Part shown: in pieces, positions 51,544-64,000 of the stretch
Layout of the letters: each line of letters opens with the position of its first letter
Numbering within the stretch: the stretch's first letter is position 1
Source: Mobula birostris
Lineage: Eukaryota
Length of the DNA stretch: 64,000 bases
Reading direction: 5' to 3'
Assembly: GCF_030028105.1 (NCBI RefSeq)
Contig: NC_092378.1
Span: 15,208,762-15,272,761, forward strand
Position numbers and translations under genes: made by a program
Notes under the pieces: generated by a model
The model's input: only the letters and a program-made list of their open reading frames with translations
Databases searched by the model: none
What the model was told of the DNA's origin: nothing

Positions 51544-52567
51544 CAGTGAAATGCATCGTTTTGTGTCAACAACAAAAACATCTGAGGGCATGTTAGGGGC
51601 AGCCTGCAAGTGTCGCGATGCTTCTGGTACCAACATAGCATGCCCACAACTTACTAACCCTAACACATACGTCTTTGAAATGTAGGAGGAAACCAGAGGA
51701 CCTGGAGGAAACTCACATGTCCGGGGGAGAACTTGTAGTCAGAGGCAAGAATTTAGCCCTTATTGATTTGTCTGATTGATTTTACACCTGGTGCCCTTAA
51801 ATCTTATAACTATAGATTTAAGTTTAAGTCACTTAAATCAATATTGAAATCCATTTGCCACTCCTCGGTCCACTAGCCTAACTGATTACGATCCCCTTGT
51901 AATCAGTATTGGCTTACTACTTCATCATCATCAACATGGCATAATTTAAGGTCTTTGGGCCTTTTGAGCCTATTATTATTCAGTACAAATCTAACCCAAC
52001 TCCTTGTCACCCTGTGCCATAATCTTTGATTCCCTTTCATATTCAAAAATTCTGCCTTGAATTTACTGAACAATTGTGTCCTGAGACATTTCCAGGTGTC
52101 CACAATGAAGCAAGAGGTTTTTCCTCATTACTCTTTTATAATCTTATAGTTTATTCGGTGACTGAATTCTGTTTCTACTTTCTTTAGGTACAATCTACAT
52201 CCACCCAATATCTACCCATTTAAAACATTAAATATTTCTGTTAGATTGTCTCATTCTTTTAAACACTGTGGCAGGTAGGAATGATCATTCTCTCCATCTC
52301 AGATAATTGACCATTTAAAGACAAAGATAACATTATATGGAATTTTGAAGATTTCATATGAATCGGATTATTGATTTTGTTGAAGATAATTTGTAGTTGC
52401 GTATTTATAAGTAATTTTAAAACAGGCAATGCAAGTGATTGAAGTATAGTAAAGTTTTATAATGTCAGGCACTGAACCTAATGGGATTGTTAGTATTAAT
52501 CTGTCTCTGTATATTTATGTGTGTGTAAAATAAAGCTTGAGCTTCAAGGTAATAACTGATAATTTAG

Positions 52568-52734
52568 TTGAAGGTCAGAATGTGCTGAAAGGTTTGAAGT
52601 TCCAAAGCCTGATGAAGTATCTGCCACAGCTTCTGCCACGGTCCTTTTTGCATATTTTGGACACGAGCAATAATGCCCTTGAGAATCTGGAGCAGATGAT
52701 TTGTACAGAAGTGTGGAAGTTGGGATTCCGTTCT
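52568..52734 (+). CDS. HELB: DNA helicase B exon 3
   Basis: LMKYLPQLLPRSF...LEQMICTEVWKLGF; ttAG acceptor in phase 1, GTAAGT donor in phase 0. Confidence 0.9.
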
Positions 52735-53302
52735 GTAAGTTTTTCCCAGATATCACAATACACTATTTATTCTTAATTTTTATACTCTCGATTTTCATCA
52801 GGAGTGAGTTAATTGCTCTTCTGAGATTAATTTATTATTTGGCTTTAAGATAATCGAGCTGCAAAATCACATTTGAAAATTATTTTCTGGTAATTGCTTA
52901 ATCTTTTAATCACTTGGAGATGAAAAATAAAGATTTGAGTGGGCAGGGGTCTCGGCGGTGATGAGATAACTGTCTCACTAATTATTTGCAAGTGGATTTG
53001 CAGAATATGGTGATAAAAATTTGAAAATCAGCAAAATATATTAACCTTGCTGTGAGAGAACCAAAGTTGGGGGTGGGGGGGAGGTGGGTAAAAATGTGAC
53101 AAGAATTGTGGAAAGATGAACAAGAATGAGAGAATGTCTTAAACAAAAACTACCAAGGATGATCAATTGGTTTTGCCAAAACTGAAAATTGTTGCACCTT
53201 ATTTACTTTCTGATGAATGGTTGTTGCAACTCAGATACATTTGCTTTCATTATTAATGATTGGCTCAAGAAATACTTTATGAAAAATATTACTTCTTCCT
53301 AG

Positions 53303-54115
53303 ATTCTCTCTAAGGAGTTTAACCTTATTGGTTGTGAGGCAAGGTTGTCAGCCTTTGAAGAAGCTGATCTTCTTCAGACAATTCCAGAGATACAGAAACA
53401 TGCTCTCATAATTTATGATAAACTCAAAGAAACCTGTTGGAGTAATGGACACACTTATGTAAGAATTGATGAGTTGACTGGATTACGCCCAACTGAGATT
53501 AGCATTGAAAGTGAATGGGATTCGTTAAATTTTTTGAAGGAATCAAAGATTATTGTAATTGAAAAGAAGCGAGTATACCTTGAGCATTTGTACAACTATG
53601 AGAAAGAAATTGCTATGTGTATAAAGGATCTTGTGGATAAACCACCATGGCATATTTCTCTCAATGTGGAAGAAGTTCTAAGAAGTGCATTCACCCCACC
53701 CCAGATGGAATGCTTCTCTAAGGGGAAAGAGTTTGAGAGTACAGAGGACAGTGAAAGAGTTAATTTGGATCCGGATCAGATTCGAGCTGCTAACATGATG
53801 TGTGAAAATCCTGTTACAGTTATAAGTGGTAAAGGTGGTTCTGGGAAAACCACACTTGTCAGTCTTATTTTCAAGGCAGCAGTTAAAAATATGCACATTG
53901 CAGAGAAAGAAGAACTTTTGCAAGCATGTGAAGATCTTGAGCAGGATCAATCTGCTCCTGAATGCTGGGATATTCCAACAAGTAAAATTCCAAACGCTGA
54001 CCAGGTTGAAAAACAGAATGTCAGCAAAGCAACTGTGCTGTTCACTGCCCCAACTGGAAGGGCAGCATCTCTTTTGAATAAAAAAACTGGATTTCCTGCT
54101 TATACTTTACACCAG
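53303..54115 (+). CDS. HELB: DNA helicase B exon 4 (RecD-like SF1B motifs I and Ia)
   Basis: GHTY, LYNYEKEIA, LDPDQ, Walker A ISGKGGSGKTT, TAPTGRAA, AYTLHQ; cctAG acceptor and CAG|GTAATT donor. Confidence 0.97.
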
Positions 54116-54959
54116 GTAATTGCTACTGAGAATTTTGTTGTCGCTACTTCAACATTTGTTTATGCTTAGTATGATGCAAATAGTTGACCTTTAAAAGGAA
54201 CACACCACCAATCACCAAGTTTGAGGTTAAACTTAGTGTGGATATTATAAAATGTTTATTATTGTAGGCTTTCTGCAAAATTTGATGTAATATTGATGTT
54301 TACATTTTTTAAAAAATATTAATTTGTTTATTATATGCTGTACCATATGACATGGGCCATTATGGTGTTTCCATGACCATGATTGTTCCTGGCAAATTTT
54401 TCTACAGAAGTGGTTTACTATTGCCGCCTTCTGCTAGTGTCTTACCTTAAAATACCTTAAAATATTTTGTTGTATATTGTTGATTGGACAGTGATATTAT
54501 TTGACACTAACTTTAGTTTCTCTTCCTGATTTTGTAGGATCAATCAATTATGGTTGTGTTGCGACTAAAAAGCTAGGAAATTGTGTGTTAGGAAGCCTAT
54601 AATGGCTGCTTGAAGTGACTGATGGGTATCAAGAAATTTGCCTGGAAAAGTCTTGCATATAATTACAGTCAAGACAGCATTATCTATATTAACGTTTAAT
54701 CTATGTCACCTTTGACAAATGCAATTTAAGTAATAAAAATGGCTGACAAAGTCAAGTGACTGAAAAGTAGTCAAATGGTGGAACAGGACGCCTTTTAGAT
54801 GGTTGGAAAGATGAAAATGCAGAAGATGACTTGACACAACAACAGGTTTTCCTCAACAGGAGATCCAGATTGTAACCACCTGGAAGAAGGGAGAGTCAAA
54901 TGATGTTGATGCATATTTGGTGTACTTGACTTTGCAACAGATGATGTTGCTTCCCGGTA

Positions 54960-55790
54960 CAGTGGATTCCAGTTAATTGAGACACACATCAGTACAAGTT
55001 CATTTTGAAGCAGCTGCCCCAATTCGCCGAAGTTTCATGGAAATAGTTAAAAAGATACAAAAATGATAAACTACTGTTCAACTAACAAATTATGTATTTA
55101 AATGAAATACGGAATAAATTAGAACACTAACAATACTACTACAGTACTATTAAATTGTGTATTAGTTTCAATAATTATTGACAGGGGAATTCATTCAAAG
55201 AACGCTGATGTGTTCTTTTGATTAACGTAAATGAACAAAATCAGCGCAGGCACCTAGTGCAGATAGTGGACAACCTTCAAAGAGTGCTTTTGATGATCTC
55301 ATCCTGCAAATCTTCATTTTCATTGTAACATTCAAGATGATTGCCAATACCTTCAAATTTTTTGTGGTTTATAATTTGTTGAAGTAGTGAAGTTGTTTCA
55401 TTTTCACTCCTGGCTGTTTCTGGCATCTCCAAGGCTAAATGCTTGGAACTGAAGTGAGCAAAACATTTTTGAATTGTCTTGCTGCTTTTTGCTTGACAAC
55501 TATCAGAGATAAAAATCACTGCTTTCTGAACACAATCATGCAAGTGGCAGTATTTTAAAAACTGTTTAGACATTACACTGTGCTTAAAATAATGGCCACA
55601 CAAAGTGCACACAACTGACGCTAGGTAGAGCATGTTCGGCAACCATCTCCTGCTCCAATTAAGTGGCATAGTGTACCAAATAAATGAAGAGAATCACAGC
55701 TATTTTCTCAATTGTTTTCATTCTTTAAGAGTTGTCCCAAATAAGTGGCTGCCCTGATAAACCGATGGCTCAATTAACGGGAATCCACTG
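54960..55790. mobile_element. Tigger/pogo-type non-autonomous DNA transposon
   Basis: TIRs CAGTGGATTCCAGTTAATTG and CAATTAACGGGAATCCACTG, TA TSD on both sides. Confidence 0.9.
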
Positions 55791-56364
55791 TATACTGCCA
55801 GATCCGTAAGTGTTTGAAACACATGATAAATAGTGGTGTATGGATACAGTCAGCGTTATCTGCCTAGCATTCCTTCCAAGGGTTTGTTAATAGCAATTTA
55901 CAGATGCAAAGCCATTATTCTAATATTGTGAATGTCGCTGAAAGGCTGTATGTGGCATAATGCCACTTAGACAGGTTGATGGAAACCTGGAAGAAGCAAG
56001 GCAAAAGTGTGAAAATTGTTTTGTTATCTTAAAATGTTGTTAAAATATTATTATAGATTTATTTTTATGTTTATTGTTTTGTACATAGAAACTTCAACCC
56101 GAGGACCAGATACAACATATTTTGTGTGGCAGACAAAGGAGTACCTGTCATGGAGAAAATGTCAGGAAATTGGTTGAAAATGTAAATGTGACATTCAGGT
56201 TCAGTTTTAATTTAATTGACAAGCCATCAGAGGAAAATCTGCAGGACATGTCTGCCCAGAAATCTGTACAAATTAATCTTTCTCTATTTTCATTTCATGG
56301 TATAGTTCGTTTATCATAAGCACCTTCAGTAATTAGACTTGGAATATAAATTTTAAAATAGTAA

Positions 56365-56667
56365 AGGCATCCGTTAGTCTTGTGAGACCATGGATCTGCG
56401 GCTGGAAATTCCTCACTCTCCAGGGCGCAGGCTTGGGCAAGGTTGTATGGAAAACCGGCAGTTGCCCATGCTGCAAGTCTCCCCTCTCCACGACACTGAT
56501 GTTGTCCAAGGGAAGGGCATTAGGACCCATACAGATTGGCACTGCTGTCGTTGCAGAGCACTGTGTGATTAAGTGCCTTGCTCAAGGACACAACACGCTA
56601 CCTCGGCTGGGGCTCGAACTCACGACCTTCAGGTCGCTAGTCAAACGCCTTAACCACTTGGCCACGT
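56365..56667 (-). mobile_element. tRNA-derived SINE with CORE-like segment and RTE-related body and tail
   Basis: Minus-strand A box TGGCCAAGTGG, B box GAGTTCGAGCC, GTGTCCTTGAGCAAGGCACTTAA, then a block shared with 11393-11744. Confidence 0.85.
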
Positions 56668-59199
56668 ACATCATACTTTAAATCAATTAATATCTTGATC
56701 TAATTTTGCCATTTCTGATTTTTCCAGGTCTCCAATCTTGCCTCCAATACTAAAGCAAACTACGAGAAAGCTTGGTCATGTCTTAATCCTTTTTTGTTTT
56801 CCTTTTGCCCTGCCATAAGTTCAAATTCAGTTTCTTGTCATTCACCTGTATGCATGTATACTGCCAAATAAAACAATATCCTCCTGACCAAGGTGCACAA
56901 TGCAATATATTTAACTCACATATCAACATATAAAGTAATATTACCACAAGTAAGTTAACAAATAATAAGGTGCATTTATGAGACAAGTTAAAAAGTAGAC
57001 AGTATAATGTTATTGGCACTTCATACATGATGATACCTGGGTGATGGCAGGGAGTTCTGTAGTTTTATGGCCTGGGGAAGGAGCTGTTTCCCATCCTAAC
57101 AGTTTTTGCCCTTCTGCCTCTTGGTAGGGGGTCAGAGAGATTGTTGGACAGATAGGATGGATCATTATCAATGCTAAGGGCTCTGTGTAAGCAACACTCT
57201 GGATAAATATCTCTGTTGGGTGGAAGAGAGACCCTGATGATCCTCTCAGCAGTGCTCACAATCCTTCATAGGGACTTGTGATCAGATACCTTGTAATTGT
57301 GATGCAGCTGATCTGGACATTCTTCATAATGTTGTACTAATGATCTACTTTATCTCTGTAAAGATGCTGCTGGTAGTTCCTGCACTTTTACTTAACTTCA
57401 TAATTGGATTGATTTTGTATTGGCAAGCAATTAACATTGGTTCTGAATCTTAACCTACCTTTTAACTTCTTTTGTAAAAATATTCCTCATTCCTCTGTTT
57501 AAGAAGGTGGGAAAGTGTTGAGACAAACAGAACGGTGAAGGAACCTTAGTTGGAATTGTTATCTATTTCTTATTCCTCCCTCCTTAAGCTTCTCGTGATC
57601 ATTTGAACTCTTTTGTTCCATCAGTAATTGAGTGCTGTTTTGAGATCTGATATGGGCTGTTCTGCATTTCTCTCGTAAAACTGAGAATGAACTGGTAATC
57701 AATTATGTTGTCATGCCCTAATCTTTGTCTTTTTTTGTAACTTTGTTATTTTATTAATATTTGGCCAGAGCTGTATTGAACAGGTAATAGAATATATCAT
57801 TAAATGAAGTGCGCTTAATAGTTGATCTGATAAATCTAAAGATATTTTAGATAGTTTGAACTTGATGGAATCTTCAATTTTATGAGCACTTAAATAGTTA
57901 GCTCAAGCTTGATGCAGTCTACTCCTTGTAAATTGATTGGTTATTTATTGGCTGACGAGGAATTACTCAGACTCAGACAATGTTGTGTGGTGGCTTGGTC
58001 CTGAATGTTACCTATTCATTTAAAGTAAATCCTAGATAGTCAAAGACCCAGTAACGTTATAAGAGAAGTTCTTTTCTAATTAAAAGGGGAATTTGAGAAA
58101 ATTTCCCCAATTACCATCCCTCATGGGCTGGTTTAACTGTCAAGAAGTTATTTAGATTTATAACAGGGCTGTGTGGTGAATATTGCTATAAATATCGCTG
58201 TTATAAAACCTGCTCGTTTTCTTAATATTTAATTAGTTAAAATTTAACACATTTTGCTGAAGTTACAGGATTTATCAGAAGTAGATATCCACAGCAAGCT
58301 TTATTTCCTTCATTTGTAGTGTAAAGCTTGTGTGCTGCTGGGACCTCTATATGCAGATGAGATATATATACATTTAGAAATATGATGGAAAGGAGGGGGA
58401 AATTCCAAACACCCACCTGGATGTTTCATCATAGTTTTAAGGATACAAAAATTGGTCAATTAGTTTATCATTGTCACATGTACTGAGGAATAGTGAAAAA
58501 CTTGTCTTGAATACTGTTCCTACCAATCAATTCATTGCAACAGTGCATTGAGGTAGTACAAGGTAAAAAGATAAATAATGAGTGTTGAGTGAAGTGTTGA
58601 GGTACAGAGATATTGCACCGCAGTCAGACAATAGGTGCAAGATCCTAATGAGGGAGATTGAGAGGTCACGTCCATCTTACTGCACTAGGGAAGCATTCAA
58701 TAGTTTATAACAGTGGGATAGTAGCTGCCCTTGAGGCCGGTGATATGCACTTTCAGGCTTTTGTATCTTCCACTCTACGTCCCACAGTTCCCAAGGAGGC
58801 ATTGCAGTGTGCATACTGAGGCACCTGGCAAGGTCCAATAAAAAGAGATTCAGTTTAAATGGAGCGGCCATTGTTTAAATGGATCAGTGTTCGAGTGGGG
58901 AGTTTAGGCTTTGGCTCAGAGAGGTTTCAGCGAGAAGAAGTGGAATCTATAGGTAGATTTTATCATTTAATTCTTTATTTCTTATTGCACAGTTAAAGCT
59001 GTGGGGATGCCAGGCAGGATAGTGGATTGCTCCTCTTGCAGGATGTGGGACCTCCATTGTCCCTGATGACTACACCTGCAGGATGTGTATCTAGCTGTGC
59101 AGCTTTCAGATTGTAGGAAGTAATGACCTACAAACCCTGCCAGAGGCGACATGTACTCTAACTTCACTCAGAATTGCTTTATCGCTGTTACGACAGTCT

Positions 59200-61357
59200 T
59201 AGAAACATAGAAACATAGAAAATAGGTGCAGGAGTAGGCCATTCGGCCCTTCGAGCCTGCACCGCCATTTATTATGATCATGGCTGATCATCCAACTCAG
59301 AACCCCGCCCCAGCCCTCCCTCCATACCCCCTGATCCCTTTAGCCACAAGGGCCATATCTAACTCCCTCTTAAATATAGCCAATGTACTGGCCTCAACTG
59401 CTTCCTGTGGCAGAGAATTCCACAGATTCACCACTCTCTGAGTGAAGAAGTTTTTCCTAATCTCGGTCCTAAAAGGCTTCCCCTTTATCCTCAAACTGTG
59501 ACCCCTCGATCTGGACTTCCCCAACATCGGGAACAATCTTCCTGCATCTAGCCTGTCCAATCCCTTTAGGATTTTATACGTTTCAATCAAATCCCCCCTC
59601 AATCTTCTAAATTCCAACGAGTACAAGCCCAGTTCATCCAGTCTTTCTTCATATGAAAGTCCTGCCATCCCAGGAATCAATCTGGTGAACCTTCTTTGTA
59701 CTCCCTCTATGGCAAGGATGTCTTTCCTCAGATTAGGGGACCAAAACTGCACACAATACTCAGGTGTGGTCTCACCAAGGCCTTGTACAACTGCAGTAGT
59801 ACCTCCCTGCTCCTGTACTCGAATCCTCTCGCTATAAATGCCAGCATACCATTCGCCTTTTTCACCGCCTGCTGTACCTGCATGCCCACTTTCAATGACT
59901 GGTGTATAATGACACCCAGGTCTCGTTGCACCTCCCCTTTTCCTAATCGGCCACCATTCAGATAATAATCTGTTTTCCTATTTTTGCTACCAAAGTGGAT
60001 AACTTCACATTTATCCACATTAAATTGCATCTGCCATGAATTTGCCCACTCACCCAACCTATCCAAGTTACTCTGCATCCTCTTAGCATCCTCCTCACAG
60101 CTAACACTGCCACCCAGCTTCGTGTCATCTGCAAACTTGGAGATGCTGCATTTAATTCCCTCATCCAAGTCATTAATATATATTGTAAACAACTGGGGTC
60201 CCAGCACTGAGCCTTGCGGTACCCCACTAGTCACCGCCTGCCATTCTGAAAAGGTCCTGTTTATTCCCACTCTTTGCTTCCTGTCTGCTAACCAATTCTC
60301 CATCCACATCAATACCTTACCCCCAATACCATGTGCTTTAAGTTTGCACACTAATCTCCTGTGTGGGACCTTGTCAAAAGCCTTTTGAAAATCCAAATAT
60401 ACCACATCCACTGGTTCTCCCCTATCCACTCTACTAGTTACATCCTCAAAAAATACTATGAGATTCGTCAGACATGATTTTCCCTTCACAAATCCATGTT
60501 GACTTTGTCCGATGATTTCACCGCTTTCCAAATGTGCTGTTATCACATCTTTGATAACTGACTCCAGCAGTTTCCCCACCACCGACGTTAGGCTAACCGG
60601 TCTATAATTCCCCGGTTTCTCTTTCCCTCCTTTTTTAAAAAGTGGGGTTACATTAGCCACCCTCCAATCCTCAGGAACTAGTCCAGAATCTAACGAGTTT
60701 TGAAAAATTATCACTAATGCATCCACTATTTCTTGGGCTACTTCCTTAAGCACTCTAGGATGCAGACCATCTGGCCTTGGGGATTTATCTGCCTTCAATC
60801 CCTTCAATTTACCTAACACCACTTCCCTACTAACAAGTATTTCGCTCAGTTCCTCCATCTCACTGGACCCTCTGTCCCCTACTATTTCTGGAAGATTATT
60901 TATGTCCTTAGTGAAGACAGAACCAAAGTAATTATTCAATTGGTCTGCCATGTCCTTGCTCCCCATAATCAATTCACCTGTTTCTGTCTGTAGGGGACCT
61001 ACATTTGTCTTTACCAGTCTTTTCCTTTTTACATACCTATAAAAGCTTTTACAGTCAGTTTTTATGTTCCCTACCAGTTTTCTTACATAATCTTTTTTCC
61101 CCTTCCTAATTAAGCCCTTTGTCCTCCTCTGCTGAACTCTGAATTTCTCCCAGTCCTCAGGTGAGCCACTTTCTCTGGCTAATTTGTATGCTGCTTCTTT
61201 GGAATTGATACTATCCCTAATTTCTCTTGTCAGCCACGGGTGCACTACCTTCCTTGATTTATTCTTTTGCCAAACTGGGATGAACAATTGTTGTAGTTCA
61301 TCCATGCAACCTTTACATGCTTGCCATTGCATATCCACCGTCAATCCTTTAAGTGTC
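59200..61357 (-). mobile_element. Young 5'-truncated CR1 LINE (RT largely intact)
   Basis: About 540 uninterrupted codons with [21 protein letters not shown] and KFADD; one frameshift near 59755; (TTCTATGT)n tail. Confidence 0.97.
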
Positions 61358-61729
61358 TTCTGTCGGTCAAACCTGGACTTTTTGTATAGTTCTGGATCAC
61401 TGGTCTTGAATGCCATAGATCTAGCCCTCAGCAGACTACGAATTTATGTATTAATCCATTGCTTTTGGTTTGGGTATATCTGGTATGTTCTCAAAGCCAC
61501 ACTCTCATCCACACAGGTCTTGAAGTTGGTGACAACTGTGGCATATTCATTCAGAGTCAAAGATGAATCCCTGAATATTGTCCAGTCGATTGATTCAAAG
61601 CAGTCCTGTAGGTGCTCCTCCACTTCCCTTGACCATATCTATTTGGTTCAAACTGCTGGTGCTGTGGTCTTTAGTCTCTGCCAGTACACTGGAGTAGAAG
61701 CACAGGCAGGTGATCAGACTTCCTATGTA

Positions 61730-64000
61730 CAAAATCAGGAATCGAAAGATTGGGCATGGTGGGATTAATGTTCTGAACTGTGTATATTTCAATGTAAGGA
61801 GTATTGTAAGAAAGGTGGATGAGCTTAGGGTATGGATCAGCACATGGAATTATGATATTATAGTGATTAGTGAAACTTGGTTGCAGGAAAGACAGGACTG
61901 GCAGCTCAATGCTGCAGGATTCTGTTGCTTTAGGTGTGATAGAGCTGGAGGGGTGGTATTACTAGTCAGAGAAAATGACAGGAGGTATGTCATCTGCTGA
62001 AGGCTAGATCTGTGGCATTCAGGTCTGGCAACCCAAGTTTGTACGAGAAAACTAGGTATGACTTATGGAGGGCTATTTCAAGGGCAAAGAAACAATTTCG
62101 AACAGGGTTGGAGGCGACATCAGATGTACGACAGCTCTGGCAGGGTTTGCTAAACATTACTTCCTACAAAGTGAAACCCAAAAACAGCATGAATGGCAGT
62201 GATGCTTCACTATCAGATGAACTCAACGCCTTCTACACCCACTTTGAAAGGGAGAATATGACTGCAGCTGTGAAGATCCCTGCTGCACCCAGTGACCCTG
62301 TGGTCTCTGTCTTAGAGGCCGATGTTAGGCTTCTTTAGAGGGGGTGAACCCTCGCAAGGCAGAAGGTCCTGGTAAGGCTCAGAAAACTTGTACCAGCCAA
62401 CTGGCGGGAGTATTCAAGGAAATTTTCAACCCCTCACTGCTACGGGTGGAAGTTCCCACTTGCTTCAAAAAGACAAGAATTATGCCAGTGCCTAAGAAGA
62501 TTAATGTGAGCTGCCTAAATGATTATCGCCTGGTAGCACTCACATCGACAGTGATGAAATGCTTTGAGAGGTTGGTCATGACTAGGCTGAAACTCCTGCC
62601 TCAGCGAGGACCTGGACCCACTGAAATTTGCCTATCACCACAATAGATCAACGGCAGACACAATCTCAATAGTTCTTCACGTGGCCTGAGACCACCTGGA
62701 CAACACAAGCACCTACGTCAGGGTGCTGTTCATCAACTATAGCTCAACATTTAACACCATCATTCCCACAATCCTGATTGATAAGTTACAGAACCTGGGC
62801 TTCTGTACCTCCCTCTGCAATTGGATCCTCAGCTGGCTAACTGGAAGACCTCAATCTGTGCATATTGGTGATAATATCTTCTCCATGCTGACGATCAACA
62901 CTGGTGCACCTTGGGTGTGTGCTTAGCCCACAGCTCTACTCTTTCTATACCCATGACTGTGTGGCTAGGCATAGCTCAGATACCATATATAAATTTGCTG
63001 ACGACACAACCATTGTTGGTAGAATCTCAGATGGAGATGGAAGGGCGTACAGGAATGAGATATACCAACTAGTGGAGTGGTACTGCAGCGACAACCTATC
63101 ATTCAACGTCAGTAAGACGAAAGAGCTGATTGTGGACTTCAGGAAGGGTAAGACAAAGGAACACATACCAATCCTCATAGAGGGATCAGAAATGGAGAGA
63201 GTGAGCAGTTTCAAGTTCCTGGGTGTCAAGATCTCTGAGGATTTAACCTGCTCCCAACATATTGATGCAGCTATAAAGAAGGCAAAACAGTGACTACTTC
63301 ATTAGGAGTTCACAGAGATTTGGTATGTCAACAAAAACACTCAAAAACTTCTATAGATGTACAATGGAGAGCATTCTAACAGGCTGCGTCACTGTCTGGT
63401 ATTGGGGAGGGGTGCTACTGCGCAGGACTGAAAGAAGCTGCAGATGGTCGTAAATGTAGTCTGTTCCATCTTGGGTACTAGTCTACAAAGTACCCAGGAC
63501 AACTTCAGGGAGTAGAGTCTTAGAAAGGTACCCTCCAGCACCCAGGGCATGTCCTTTTCTCACTGTTACCATCAGGTAGGGGATACAGAAGCCTGAAGGC
63601 ACACACTCAGCGATTCAGGAACAGCTTCTTCCCCTCTGCCATCCAATTCCTAAATGGACATTGAACCAATGAGCATTACCTCACTTTTTTAATATATGTT
63701 ATTTCTGTTTTTGCACGATTTTTAATCTATGCAATATACATATACTTTATTTATATTTTCCTTCTATATTATGTATTGTATTGAACTGCTGATGCGAAGT
63801 TAACAAATTTCACGTCACATGCCGGTGATAATAAACCTGATTCTAATTCAGATTCTGATTTTGATCGTAATGCTCAGACAGGACAGACTGGAGGGTTTGT
63901 CTACTGAGGCTATATGGGTGGAACAGAGGAATAAGAAAGGGATGTCCACATTAGTAGGATTATGTTAAAGACCACCCAACAGTCCACAGGATTTAGAGGA
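61730..64000 (+). mobile_element. CR1 APE fragment (about 61730-61980 and 63865-64000) split by a Rex1/Babar LINE (about 61985-63860)
   Basis: CVYFNVRSI...ISETWLQ stops at LLVREN and resumes at RQDRLEGLSTE; the insert has [16 protein letters not shown] and FKFLGVKISEDLT. Confidence 0.88.

Noticed and set aside
56600-56667. tRNA gene
   Set aside because: A and B boxes are present, but the sequence continues into a SINE body shared with other copies; the same applies to 5800-5870.
56720-56800. Candidate HELB exon 5 after a TTTTTCCAG acceptor
   Set aside because: The translation lacks the expected Walker B (VVDE) region; no further HELB exon was recognised in the window.
59728-61416. 562-aa ORF as a novel host gene
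   Set aside because: It is CR1 ORF2; its first ~20 residues (MAFKTSDPELYKKSR...) come by chance from an adjacent Rex1 fragment.

Overview
Vertebrate genomic DNA, most likely a cartilaginous fish such as a ray (inferred from the CR1/Rex1/RTE/Penelope/V-SINE repeat content). Three spliced genes can be built from GT-AG boundaries with consistent phases. LLPH (- strand) has 2 coding exons, 120 aa, plus a non-coding first exon near 23.5 kb. TMBIM4/LFG4 (- strand) has 7 coding exons, 234 aa. HELB (+ strand) shows its first 4 coding exons (528 codons); the rest was not found in the window. TMBIM4 and HELB are head-to-head only about 2.1 kb apart, and IRAK3, which lies between them in human, is absent from that interval. 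A CpG-rich promoter near 1.4-1.8 kb appears to drive an unidentified leftward transcript. The rest is nested transposons: CR1, Rex1/Babar and RTE LINEs, tRNA-derived SINEs, hAT and Tigger DNA elements, and a probable solo LTR. The most notable signal is a Penelope-like element (PLE) family whose terminal repeats carry minimal hammerhead ribozyme motifs. It includes a TSD-bounded inverted ribozyme pair in a TMBIM4 intron and an intact GIY-YIG endonuclease ORF plus ribozyme in HELB intron 2. Boundaries of old repeats are approximate.
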